A stretch of DNA of 61,249 bases, the filler included, from Globobulimina sp. (taxonomy: Eukaryota): assembly GCA_003354225.1 (NCBI GenBank). It is 21 parts of 21 records of this genome, joined end to end, with 100 filler letters (N's around TTAATTAATTAA, not from the genome) between each part and the next. Parts side by side here need not be neighbours in the genome. Positions count along the whole stretch, not along the records: positions 1 to 2,823 come from PIVH01004733.1; positions 2,924 to 5,746 come from PIVH01004734.1; positions 5,847 to 8,669 come from PIVH01004735.1; positions 8,770 to 11,592 come from PIVH01004736.1; 17 more parts are not named here. The stretch is one strand, 5' to 3'. Each line of letters opens with the position of its first letter. Positions within the stretch are counted from its first letter, which is position 1. Of the stretch, positions 1 through 11,692 are shown piece by piece. Position numbers and translations under genes: made by a program. The notes beneath the pieces were generated by a model. The model made no database searches, was not told where the DNA came from, and saw only the letters and a list, made by a program, of their open reading frames with translations.

Positions 1-2823
1 AAATATATTCCATGAAAGATGGAGAAGAAACGAGAGGTTTAACCGTTGCTGGAGGTGGAGATATAGGTAATATGCATACAGTGAATATCAATTGCCCAAA
101 GAATGCAATTTGCAATATCACCTGCTCTATGCTTGGAGGCTGTTTTGCGGCACAAATAAACGGTGCATTGTCATCAATTCTGTATATATACGTATTCGCC
201 AATGATTATCAGGTTATGGCGAATTCAACAATTTATTGCCCAAATGATGGATTATATGGCAATACAAATAATTGCAACTTGTTTATGAATGGAGGCGTCA
301 ATTCTTTGCAGATCTGGGCGGACTCAGAAATATATGCTATCGAAGGACTAAATGATATTAATATTTATTGTTCAGATAATTGTATTCCAGAGAGCGGATA
401 CCAACCAATTATTTATTGTACAGAGGATTTTAGTGGCAATTGTAGTGTATCCACAGTGGATATCAATAATCAAACAGAGAGTGAATGGGAATGTTCGGAC
501 CCGGACAGTATCTGTTCAACGTATTTTATCCCCACCAGCCATCCCACGAAGGCACCAACAGCGCCCAGTTAAGAAAGCAATTGTGGATGTTTTCAGTTTT
601 TGGATGTTTTCATTTTTTTGTTTTGTTACAGCACAATATCCGACAAATCCGACAGATTCACCAAGCAATGCACCATCAACTTCGCCAATAATTACACCAT
701 ATTCAAGTAGTAATGTTTTATATGTTCGACAGAAAGGATGTGATGTTGGCGATTGTTCATCCTCGAAAGAACAATTTGATTATGATTTAATATGTCAAAA
801 CCAACACATTTATGAAACAGATAAATGTTGTAATGACATGCCCCAACCACAAAATTCAACATATTCCCATTCAACACCCACAATACCGACAGAATGTCAA
901 TCACATAATATCACCACAATAAACAACAACACAATATTTAACAATTCATTTGTTGCATATCAACCTTATAATGTTTATGTACAACATATAGAATCAGTTT
1001 GTGTTACAATGCAAAACACAGTTTGCTATCATCCTGTTATTACAGTGCAATTTGAAGCTATTGATTATCATAGCTTTAATAACCGTTTCTATGTTGCATA
1101 TAAAAACCCATCAAATATGCTAAATGGTGTGGGATGTCTGGATATTTCTGTCGGCGAAAATTGTGATAAATTCCTAGATTGTCCAATAAACACAAAATAT
1201 GCTGGAGATGGTGCATGGTTTCCTTCCGATGGCGAAGAATACAAAATCTTTTATTTCATAAATAGCGAAGTTAAGTGTTTCTAAATGTTGATAAAGGTTA
1301 AAATATCATATATAAAATATATTCAACTGAACAGGAAGTGGAACCTCGATGTTCACCATTACGTGATATGAGTGTTCGTCTCCAGGTGGATTGTACTGAT
1401 TATTTAAAACCATCCACCTGCAAAACACTCAGTTATGCGTGGAATTGTTTTAATGGCCATTATGATGTTTGCAGTCATTATGATTCAAACGGAATTATTG
1501 ATTTAGGAGATGGTGTCTTTGAATTAGATGATGTTATCCGTTCAATGTCTGATCAAGTAATCATTCGAGGAACAGGCATCGAAAATACATTTTTAAATCA
1601 TTCATTAACACAGAATATAACAAAAGCAGTTGAATGTTCGTGGCAATGTTTTATTACAATCAAAGACCTCACACTGATTACATCCAACACATCATTTGAA
1701 ATATTTAACAGAGCACATGTTCGTTTCTCAAATGTTCGTTTTGATGGAGCTCATTCATCGGCAATGTTTAACTTTGACGGGATTGGAACTAATGTAACAT
1801 TTATTGATTGTATATTTGTTAATTACCATCAAGTATACAACTTATTTATTATTAGTAATCAAGCAATGATATCTGTGACAAACACTGTATTCACAGACAA
1901 CACATTAGCACAAGATATGATTGTTGTGAGTGGCGGAATTGTTGTCTTTGATACAGTGCACTTTTTAAATAATAAAGGAATTGGCAATGCCATCATTAGT
2001 TTAATAAATTCAAAGGATGATTATAGTTTCATTGATATACAAAATTCACTATTTTATCAAAATCAAAACCTGCTTTCTCTAATTTATCAAAATGGCTTTA
2101 ATGGAATTATATCAGTCAGTTATTCTATATTTGAAAAAAATATCAATATGAAGCATTTAATTGCAATGCAAGACGTAAATTCAACTATTACCATTTTGCA
2201 GACTCATTTTGCAGACAACAATGATTGTTTAGAAACGTATTGTTTACAGTTATTAGATGCCAATGTGAATATTGATTTATATTCTGCCAATATTTGGACT
2301 GCTTATCCAACATCTTCACCAACAGCAATACCAACAACAGCAACACCAACAGCAGCACCAACAATACCTTCGGTAGAATGCGGAACTGACATTGTAAGTG
2401 GCTCAATCAGTCCATATGATATTAATTTGTATTCGTTAATATTGGATGTGTTTGCATCTAAAGTTGAAATTAATTCATGTGGATCTTCTTATGATACATC
2501 CATTTCTTTTTATCATTCTAATATGACTGTCATTGATGAGTATGATGATTGGGGTGATTGCGGCTATCAATCAATATTGAATGTATCTGATATAAATGCT
2601 GGATTTTATGTCATTGGAATTGGTGGATATGATGATGAATATGGATCATATATATTTAGTGTGACCTGCGATTATCCACTTACAGCGAATCCTACTCAGT
2701 CTAATGTAACTGCAGCACCAACTAAACTTCCTACAACAACACAAACCATGTTTAATACAACAACAAATTCCACAGTAAATCCGACAGTAAATCCTACGCA
2801 TCCAACCACAGCACCAAGTCAAC
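1..2823 (+). CDS. Partial large extracellular/surface protein: Cys-rich repeats, PT linkers, beta-helix-like repeats and a PPC-like beta-sandwich
   Basis: Three ORFs join in frame through GT-AG introns 568-631 and 1270-1334. Features: PTxxPT linkers, repeated 'F.N..F..N' beta-helix pattern, and a PPC-like module 'INSCGSSYDT...DDWGDCGYQS...GFYVIGIGGY...GSYIFSVTC'. Open at both ends. Confidence 0.7.
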
Positions 2824-2923
2824 NNNNNNNNNNNNNNNNNNNNNNNNNNNNNNNNNNNNNNNNNNNNTTAATTAATTAANNNNNNNNNNNNNNNNNNNNN
2901 NNNNNNNNNNNNNNNNNNNNNNN
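2824..2923. other. Artificial contig linker (first of 20): N44-TTAATTAATTAA-N44
   Basis: Identical 100-nt linkers start at 2824, 5747, 8670, 11593, 14516, 17439, 20362, 23284, 26206, 29128, 32049, 34970, 37891, 40812, 43732, 46652, 49572, 52492, 55412 and 58331. The segments between them fall monotonically from 2823 to 2819 nt. Confidence 0.99.
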
Positions 2924-4120
2924 TTCGCGAACAATGCAATCTCTCCATTCATTATCTACTTGATATTTATCAGATTTTTCATCCTCAAATCGCTCCACAA
3001 ATATATCACTCGTATCGCAAACACCTAAAGTTATCCCCATTGTCACGTATTCACTGTGACCAATACACATTGCTGGCATCCCAACGCACTGCACACCGGT
3101 CCACTGTAGGTTTTCTTCTTTGTTGTCATCACATTCAACAGTTAGATGGCAATAAAACAATGGATTTGGAGCATTTAAGGTCAAATGCGGATCATTGCAT
3201 AAAATTGGCTTGCCAGTATCTGTATATTTACCGCCAACTACAAATGCATTGGAAGCTGCTCCTTTTAAATCCATGACATTAATGGTGGTGTCACTGCTGT
3301 GGTTCATATCTTGTTCAACTTTTTCATCCTGTTCCATATCACCATTGTTTGTTGAAACATATTTTTGTTTGCTTTTAAAGTACGAATGTTTGATGCCCAT
3401 AATTGGCTGATTCTGTCGCTCCAATAGTTTGCCAATGTCCTTTAGTTTCATATAGAAATCAGCAGCGTTGTTTTGTGTGTCGTTGTATGGACATTGGTAT
3501 ACTTTCTCTGTATCAAAGCAAAACCATTCGGCATTGCGATAGCCAACAATTTGTATTAATAATGTTGAGAGCATTTTGGAATCCCAACCAGCGCTCATTT
3601 TGATGCCTAATAATCTGCCAACGCTCATTACATCGCTTTCAGTCCAATACTGCGGGTTATAATTTAATAATATTGTGCTTAATTCAACAGGTTTTGCAAA
3701 AGTTTCATGGGTTAGCCACGCATTAATACCTTCCACATAACACGATATCATATCAATTGCTGACTGGTATTTATTTTTCTTTCCGATAATAAATTCCCAA
3801 TCATTAATTCCTAACTGTTTAAAGTTGCATGTTCGCGAAAATACATCAATAGCTTTTCCTGGCAGACCGACTACGGAGGATAATTTACCATGAATTGCTA
3901 AATGTGTTTGAACTAATTGAAATAATCGATGTTGAGCGGTTACAAAGCCTTGTAATCTATAGCCATCTTTTCTGGTCGATGCATAAATATGCGGCACACC
4001 CCAGCGGTCGTAACATATTGTTGCTTGTTTATCTAATATCGGCAATGATATTGTACCATCCAATGGAGGTAAACGCGTCTCACTACTTTTCTCAATGCCA
4101 TACGAAACGGCAGCACCCAT
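2924..4120 (-). CDS. Penicillin amidase / acyl-homoserine-lactone acylase family Ntn-hydrolase (3' partial)
   Basis: N-terminal 'YDRWGVPHIYA...GFVTAQHRLFQL' and beta-chain start 'SNAFVVGGKYTDTGKPILCNDPHL' (nucleophile Ser codon 3251-3253). Begins MGAAVS. Confidence 0.92.
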
Positions 4121-4230
4121 GGTTTGAAGCGCGTATTAATTATTATATAACTCAAAAACAAAAAATAACCAACTTTCATCTTTTTTTCATCGAGATGTGG
4201 TATCGTGATACATTTCAAAAATAAATCAAT

Positions 4231-5746
4231 ATGCAACGAGAAAAGATTGTCGAAAAGTCAGACAGCACTGAGAACCCATCAATCAATGGTCGTTATCATC
4301 GGTTCAACGTGAAATTGGGCAAAGGTGCCTTCAAAGAAGTGTATAAAGCCTTTGATACCCAAAAGCAAATCGATGTGGCCTGGAATTCAATAGATTTATC
4401 CTTAGTGAATACAGAAGATGAGAGAAATAAAATTTTCAAAGAATGTAAAATGTTGCGACGCTTAAACCATCCAAACATCTTAAAAATAACCAACCAATGG
4501 CTCAATGATAAAACTGACAAATTATGTTTCATTACAAATATAGTACACGATGGCTCATTGGCGAAATTCTTTAGAAAACGGCAAGTAAATCTACTTCGCG
4601 TCAAACAAATATCAAAGCAAATATTGCAAGCCTTGTTATACCTGCATGGCAAAGGTGTGATACATCGCGATCTCAAATGCGATAATATATTCATCGAAGG
4701 TAATACTGGCAAAGTGGTTTTAGGCGATCTGGGCTTAAGTTGTAATGTGGTGTCCGCCCGTTCTATCGTTGGCACTCCGCATTGGATGGCACCTGAATTA
4801 TACAGAGGTATATAATATATATTATCCTTGCACATTAATATTAATATTGTATATAATATATCCTTGCACTCAATGTATAGAGGACTACGACGAGATGGTC
4901 GATATTTGGTCCTTCGGCATGTGCGTATTAGAGTTAATCACTTCGTTGATCCCTTACAGTGAATGCAAAGGGGCCTTCCAAGTGTACCAGAACATAACGG
5001 CTGGGAACAAGCCCGAAATCCTACAAAAAATCAACGATCCCGCAGTGAAGGCCTTTATTAACATATGCTTGAACGCATTGCCTAGAATGCGACCCTCTGC
5101 CAAGGAGTTATTAGATCATCCATTTTTATACAGGAAATTATCGGACACGACCTTATGTTCACAGTTGATGATCCCCAAAAATACGGAACCGAAACCCACC
5201 AAAACCGAGCAGAAAGAAGAAGAAATGTTACAGCAATCGTTGCGACCACCCATTGATAATATGAATAAAGCTAAAAAAAACAAGGCAAATAAAAAAAACA
5301 AATCTAAAAAAAATCGCCATTATTTTCGCCCCGAGCCTGCAACTTCGCCGCCGCCACCCTCCAATTTGCCAGCCTCTGCATTGAACATTGAGAGTAGCAA
5401 TACCTTACAAAAGCCGGTAAAGTCTAAAAGGGAGAAAGTGGATATAAAGAAAGTGAAAAATAATGGCGATACCATTCGCATTAAACTGCAAATTGTCTGC
5501 GCCAAGTTTAGCAAACCGATGAATGTAGAATTCGATTTCTCTCATAAGCAGGAAGAAGCTGCCTCGGTGGCAATGGAAATGACGCGAGATTTGGAATTAC
5601 CGACGAAGTTTACAGATAAAGTGGAGAAGGCCATCCGTGGCGCCATTGCCAAAGCCAAAAAGCAGAAGAAAGTGGGCATTGCACTACCAAATAAAAGCAA
5701 TGTAGCCATCGATATTTCCAGTACTGGCAATGAGGGCGATTCTCCA
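4231..5746 (+). CDS. WNK: WNK-family Ser/Thr kinase (3' partial)
   Basis: 'GKGAFKEVYKAFD' has Lys in the Gly loop and 'VAWN' lacks the beta3 Lys. Also HRDLKCDNIFI, GDLGL and GTPHWMAPE. Intron 4808-4880 joins YRE|DYDE. C-terminal CCT-like 'VEFDFSHKQEEAASVAMEM'. Confidence 0.93.
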
Positions 5747-5891
5747 NNNNNNNNNNNNNNNNNNNNNNNNNNNNNNNNNNNNNNNNNNNNTTAATTAATT
5801 AANNNNNNNNNNNNNNNNNNNNNNNNNNNNNNNNNNNNNNNNNNNNAAACGCATACATAAATATATATATATATATCGTACGTATACGCAG

Positions 5892-7567
5892 GCGGTGTGT
5901 GGGGAGGCGTTGAGGAAGAAGAGGATGAGGAAGAATATGAATTAAGCGGTACGTACGAAGACGAGTTCCCATCGTCGGATCGTTATGAAAAACCTAAAAA
6001 AAAAATCGGTTCCTTTGGCGGGAATATAAAGAAACGCAGCAAACCGTCGTCAGGGCAGTATGAGAAGAAAAGGGTGGATGATATTGTCAAATCGGGCGGC
6101 GTGGGCTCTCGCATTGTGAATCTGCCCAAATATGTGTCGCAATTTGAGAATCTGAGCAATAGCCATGTCTTGGAGCACTTGGACGAGACATTGGAAGGTT
6201 CGCAATGGCAGAAAAAGGGCAAATCATTGACGTTGATTGAAGCATTAATCAAAGGCAGATCGAGTGAGGACGTGATTGATTATTTCAGCCAATCTCCAGA
6301 TAACGTGCAGGCGTTGCAAACTGCGAAGAAATCCATACTCCGCAAGAAGGCCAATGCGATCATGGAGTACTTGGATGTGGAGGAGGAGGAGGAAGAGGAT
6401 GAGGAAGAAGAAGAGGAGGAGGAAGTGAGCATTACCATAACCAAAGAAAGCATATCCAAGCCACACGAAGATTTATTGAATATGGGTGTGGTGGAGGAGG
6501 AGGACGATATGTTTGCGAATATGAACCGACAGAAGCAAGCGCAGGAGAAGAAGCAGCAGGATTTGCTCGGCGGCGACATGTTTGCCGATATGAATAAACC
6601 GACACAGAGCAGCGTGCAGATGGGCGATGCCAATGACATTATGAATATAATGGGCGATGCGGTGGGCAATAGCAATAATAATATTTCCGCCGCCGGCAAG
6701 CGCAAGAAAGAGAACTATGCGTTTTTGGATATTGTGGCCAACGAAACCAATGTGACGCAGCAGGATCATAGCGGGGATATATTGAACATGGGGTTTAATA
6801 AACCGACTGCGGCTCAGACACAGCCCGCAGCGCAGAGTGGTGGTGATAGTGCATTTGGGTTTGATTTAGGAGGCGGTGGAGATGCACCAGCACAGCCATC
6901 TGGCGGTGGAGCGAGTGCGTTTGGCTTTGATTTGGGTGGAGGGGGTGATGCGAATACGGGTGCAAATAATGTGAGTGGTGGTGGTGGAGCGAGTGCGTTT
7001 GGATTTGATTTGGGCGGAGGAGGAGACATTGGAGGTAGTGGCGGTGGCGGTGATAATATGAATAATCAGCCGCAAGTACCGCAGACTAAACAGAGTATGA
7101 ACAGTATGAATAGGAATAATATGCAGCAGCGGATGGGTGGCAGTCCGATGCAGACGATGATGAATCCAATGAATAACATGATGACGCAACAGATGATAGC
7201 TAGCAATATGAATAATATGCAGCAAATGCAAAATATGATGCGGCAAATGCAGCAAATGCAGATGAATGTGGCTCCCAATCAGATGAATCCGCATCAGATG
7301 AATGCGCATCAGATGAATATGATGAATATGAATATGCAGCAAATGAATCCGCAGCAAAACAGTTTATTTACGCAGGCCATGGCCAATATGAATAACCCAG
7401 CGATGAATACGCAAACACAAAGACCACAGACAACCTATTCGCAGCATAATGACCCCTTTGCACAAATGATGTCTGGTAATCCGCAGCAGACCAATGTGGC
7501 TACGCAAAGACCGAAAAAAACTGGGCCGGATCCGTTTGCCCAATTTGGACTCAATTCGTTAAAATGA
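5892..7567 (+). CDS. Tepsin/MTV1-like AP-4 accessory protein, last exon
   Basis: VHS-like segment 'LDETLEGSQWQKKGKSLTLIEAL', followed by DMFxxM, three SAFGF and two DPF adaptor-binding-like motifs and an M/N/Q-rich tail. Acceptor AG at 5890-5891. Confidence 0.62.
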
Positions 7568-7815
7568 GAAGTAACATTGTGTAGAGTTTGAGAAATTGTA
7601 TTTATTTTTCAATTTTTGTCATAGTCCTTTGAATCTAGAGCTATCCCTTTTTATTTTTCATTTTCGAGCGTTGTATTTTTTTTTCAGAGTCAATCTTATT
7701 ATTTATCTTTTAAATTTATATGAAAAACTGCATGAAGTCTATAGTTATTTGTTAATTTAAATTTTAATTGATATGCTAAGTGAAGTTTGATGTGCAAGGA
7801 TAAAGTTTTTGTGGT

Positions 7816-8420
7816 TTAGAATAATTTTAAATGACTTGTAATGCCATCTAGAACAGAATCAGGAGCAGGACCTACCGCCAGCACTGTATATGAGCCTGAT
7901 GGTATTTGCGTTTTTCCAGCATCACATACAGTGTACGTAGGTACACCCGCAGTGATTGCATTTTTTTTAATTTCTTTTAAGTCTGATAACGATTCGATTT
8001 TTGTGACAATTTTTGGCTGTCCATAGTTCATCCATACTTGTAACAGTATTTCATCATTTTCATTCTCAATTTTTTTCACCACTCCAAGTGTTGCATGACT
8101 GTTTTAAAATTTTTAATGTTTATGTTTGTATGGTATTAATTTGGTATTGCATACCAGCATTGTGCTGCGAGTTTGCCTTTTCCCATTTTAAGATCCTTAC
8201 GAGCACACAATATTAGTTTCGTATGTTCCAAACGATTATCTTTGTAATATTGAGATGAATATTTTCCAATTGGTTTTCCTGATTGTTTTGCTGTATTTTT
8301 TAATGACCGTTGAAAAAATGTGAATGGTATTAAATGGCTGAATCGACCAAATAAAAAGCTAATTACTATCAATCCAATAATTATCAAGATATCGGTTAAT
8401 CCCAATACGGTAAAACCCAT
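7816..8420 (-). CDS. PTH2: Peptidyl-tRNA hydrolase 2 with N-terminal TM anchor
   Basis: 'RKDLKMGKGKLAAQC|CHATLG' across intron 8099-8154, plus 'GQPKIV' and 'DAGKTQIPSGSYTVLAVGP...ITSHLKL'. Confidence 0.95.
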
Positions 8421-8478
8421 GCTCGAATGTGAAGGAAATGGGAGGAAAAACGTACTTCAACAAAACTGTTCTTTAAAA

Positions 8479-8669
8479 ATGTCAGCACAAATGTATTTGC
8501 TATGTTTAGCAGCTCTCGATCTAAGTGCTGGGAGCACATTTCGACCATTTATACCGCTCATTGCAGAGAATATGGGTGCCTCAGTATTGCAAATTGGATT
8601 TATTTCATCGTTATATGCGATTTTCCAAATAATATCAGCACCGATTATTGGTACTTTAAGTGATAACAT
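8479..8669 (+). CDS. MFS transporter N-terminus (3' partial)
   Basis: 'IPLIAENMGASVLQIGFISSLYAIFQIISAPIIGTLSD' matches MFS TM1-2 and the start of motif A. Confidence 0.8.
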
Positions 8670-8947
8670 NNNNNNNNNNNNNNNNNNNNNNNNNNNNNNN
8701 NNNNNNNNNNNNNTTAATTAATTAANNNNNNNNNNNNNNNNNNNNNNNNNNNNNNNNNNNNNNNNNNNNCGGATTCGAATCGTTTGATAGCGTATGTGCT
8801 ATTTATCTGTGTGAATAGGTCAAATCCAAATAATATGTTCAATTTAGTTTTATTTTAGGTGTAAAATATTATTTGGATTATCTAACGGATATATGCCCTT
8901 TTTGCTTGATGAGGATCATAATCAAATCTTTTTTTTTGTTGTTTCAG

Positions 8948-11592
8948 GATGGCATTGAAAAAAAAACCAAATCGCGTAAGTTGACCGCCGATTTTTTAGA
9001 GGAATTCCTGGAAAATAGATTTGATTATGACGAGATTGCAGAACGGGGCATTATTCGCGAGATATCCGATAATGACAATGATATTATACAGACTGAAATC
9101 ACCAAAGCCAGGAAACGCATCTCCAAAACTCTAGAATCACGCTTATCCGTTCGGAAAACGGCGGAAGAATTAGAGAATTATGGTATTGTGCCACCAGATT
9201 ATTTCGATGATCCGCAGGGCGCCTATGAGATGCGACTGATTCAAAGGAAATTGGCGGAGGAGGATTTAAGGCGTAATTTGAAAACAAAACCCAGCCCTCA
9301 AGAGATTGTACAGCGTGGTTTAGCTCATGACGAGTTTTGGGAGAAAGATTTGGAGCAAACCCATCGCCAAAGACGAGCCTCGTTGGAGGAAAAGAAACGG
9401 AAATTGGCGGAACATCATAAACGTAGACCGAGTATACAAGATTTAGTGGCGGAGAAAATCATGCCGGAGGACAGTGAGGTTATTGCAGAATTGAAGAATA
9501 TCGCACATAGCCATACTAGGATGGAGTCTGCCGTCAAAGATTTAAGTGCAAGGCTACCGTTTGAAGTTAAGTGTCCGTGCCATGCATGCTTTACAATGTT
9601 TTTTTGAGTGAGGTACCAGTAAACTATTAAAAAACATTTTGTTTCTTTAGGATGAAACCAACATATCCGTGGCAGAAACGATGATGAAACATATCAACGA
9701 CACTGAAGATGACATAGATTTATTATTCACCACATCCGAAGAAGAGGACGATGACGAAAACGGTTACCGTGCTCGTCAAAGCGAAGAAGAATCCGAACGT
9801 GATCCAGATATCGACTATGACGCACCCAGTGACATTGAAGAAGAAGAAGACGACGGCGTTCAATTTGACTTGGACGCGGTGCAGAAACGCAATCATAAAC
9901 GTCGCGTAAGTCAGGATCTCGAGCATTTTTATGCCAATCGACGCGGTATGGAAGAGTTGGAAGATGATGGCATCCTGAAACAAACCGGAATTGCCAACAG
10001 TTTACGTGGCAGTGCCGTGGCGTTGGAAGAGGCTATGAACAATCAAGCCTTACGCAAGGATTTAATCTCTCGTAATATCATCAAACGACCCTCGATTTCG
10101 CACTCGTTACAACCCAATGCCGACGCGCTGGAAATCGCTTTATTAAAAAACTTGGACAAATATAAAGCCATCGATCTAAAGCATGTGGACGACCATCCCC
10201 TGTACAAACGCAGTAATTCAGCGGGAAGCAGTGGACGCCGCGGCCATCAACGCAAGAAATCATCCGGCTTCGGTACGAAAAAAAACGCCAATCCAGAATA
10301 CTATAAACATGACATTGCGCCCAAACTGCAAGATACTGCCAATAAATTACATAAACGGCGCATCAGTCAACAGATCGAACGGTCGCTGAATGCGCGCCCT
10401 ACCAAACAGGAGTTGATTGATAATCGCATATTGTACAAAGAACATATGGCCCATCAGTTGCAGGGCAATGCCAAGAAATTGGAGGAACAGCTAAAGCAAC
10501 GGGTGCCTGAGCAATATTTGAAAATGATTGGCGTGTTGCTACACGATCAGGAACGCGTTGCCCCCATGATACAGGGCGCCAGCTATGAGTTGGAGTACGC
10601 GCTACGACGCAGACCGAGTTTATTCGATGGCGCAGACAACAGCGAGATACATAAGATATTGGGCATACCCAATCATAGCGACGACCATCATGAATTTTAT
10701 ACGAATAAATTGTTCAAAACCGAGGCGGATCTGTTAGCCGAAGTGGATAAGCAACCTTTGGCCATCTCTGCGTTTGAGGAGATGTACCCGAACGACAATG
10801 ATAAGACCAATTATAGGCTACGGCGTGCCCGCAACAGCGACAAATTGGAGAAGCGCATGTCGCAACGTATGAGTCCGCGCGATCTGGAGAAGATTGGTAT
10901 GGTTCCTCCCAATTACTGGGAAGACCCGCACGGTGCCATCGAGATGCAACAGATCCATCGTAAATTGGCTGCGGAGGATCTAAAACGAGGGCTAAGGAAT
11001 AGGAGTACGAGGCAGGAGTTGGTGGATCGTGGATTTACGCGCGCGGAATATTTTGATATGGATATGGCCAAAGCCAAGAAAGCCATTACAAAGCACAGTA
11101 AGAGCACCAAGCGGCAGGTGGAGAATCAGCTGAATTCGATATTCAATCCGCAGTTGATCGAGTTGGAGAAGCGGGGCATTGTGGAGAGCGGGTATTTTTT
11201 GACGCGCGCCAAGCAGATTGAAGACGGACATCGGAGGTTAGTGAGCGTGACCTCTGAGTTGCAGCAGAAGTTGCTAAGTAACCCGAGTTACAATGAGGAG
11301 TTGGCCAAGACGTTGGTGCAGGATTTGAGGAGTGATAGCGATGAGGAAGGGGGAGATGACGACTATGATACGGACAGTGAGGAGGATAGCGAGGATGAGG
11401 ACGAATCTGATACGGATAGCGACGAGTTCTTGGACAGTGATGACGAGGAACAGGCGAGGCGATTACAGGTAATATGTGCCTTTTTTTTTGTAAATAATAT
11501 AAATAAAATTGATTGCCTGTTCATTGCAGGAGTTGGAGTATAAGATTGGTCATCGACCGAGCACGGACGAATTGATTGAAAAGAAGATATTG
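8948..11592 (+). CDS. RPEL-repeat (G-actin-binding) protein, partial
   Basis: Many RPxxxEL-like units (RRPSIQDLVAEKIM, ARPTKQELIDNRIL, HRPSTDELIEKKIL) separated by acidic tracts. In-frame introns 9566-9650 and 11469-11529. Confidence 0.85.
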
Positions 11593-11692
11593 NNNNNNNN
11601 NNNNNNNNNNNNNNNNNNNNNNNNNNNNNNNNNNNNTTAATTAATTAANNNNNNNNNNNNNNNNNNNNNNNNNNNNNNNNNNNNNNNNNNNN

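Noticed and set aside
2924-4120. Acylase as a bacterial contaminant
   Set aside because: It is on the same contig as, and 110 nt from, an intron-containing WNK gene with similar composition.
4808-4880. Direct repeat (ATATAATATAT...TCCTTGCAC) inside the WNK intron
   Set aside because: Consistent with ordinary slippage in an AT-rich intron. No function is evident.
5983-7357. Numerous antisense and alternate-frame ORFs (also at 12158-13121, 29797-30704, 41004-43001, 49913-51497)
   Set aside because: They are shadows of low-complexity or GC-richer coding sequence, with no recognisable motifs.
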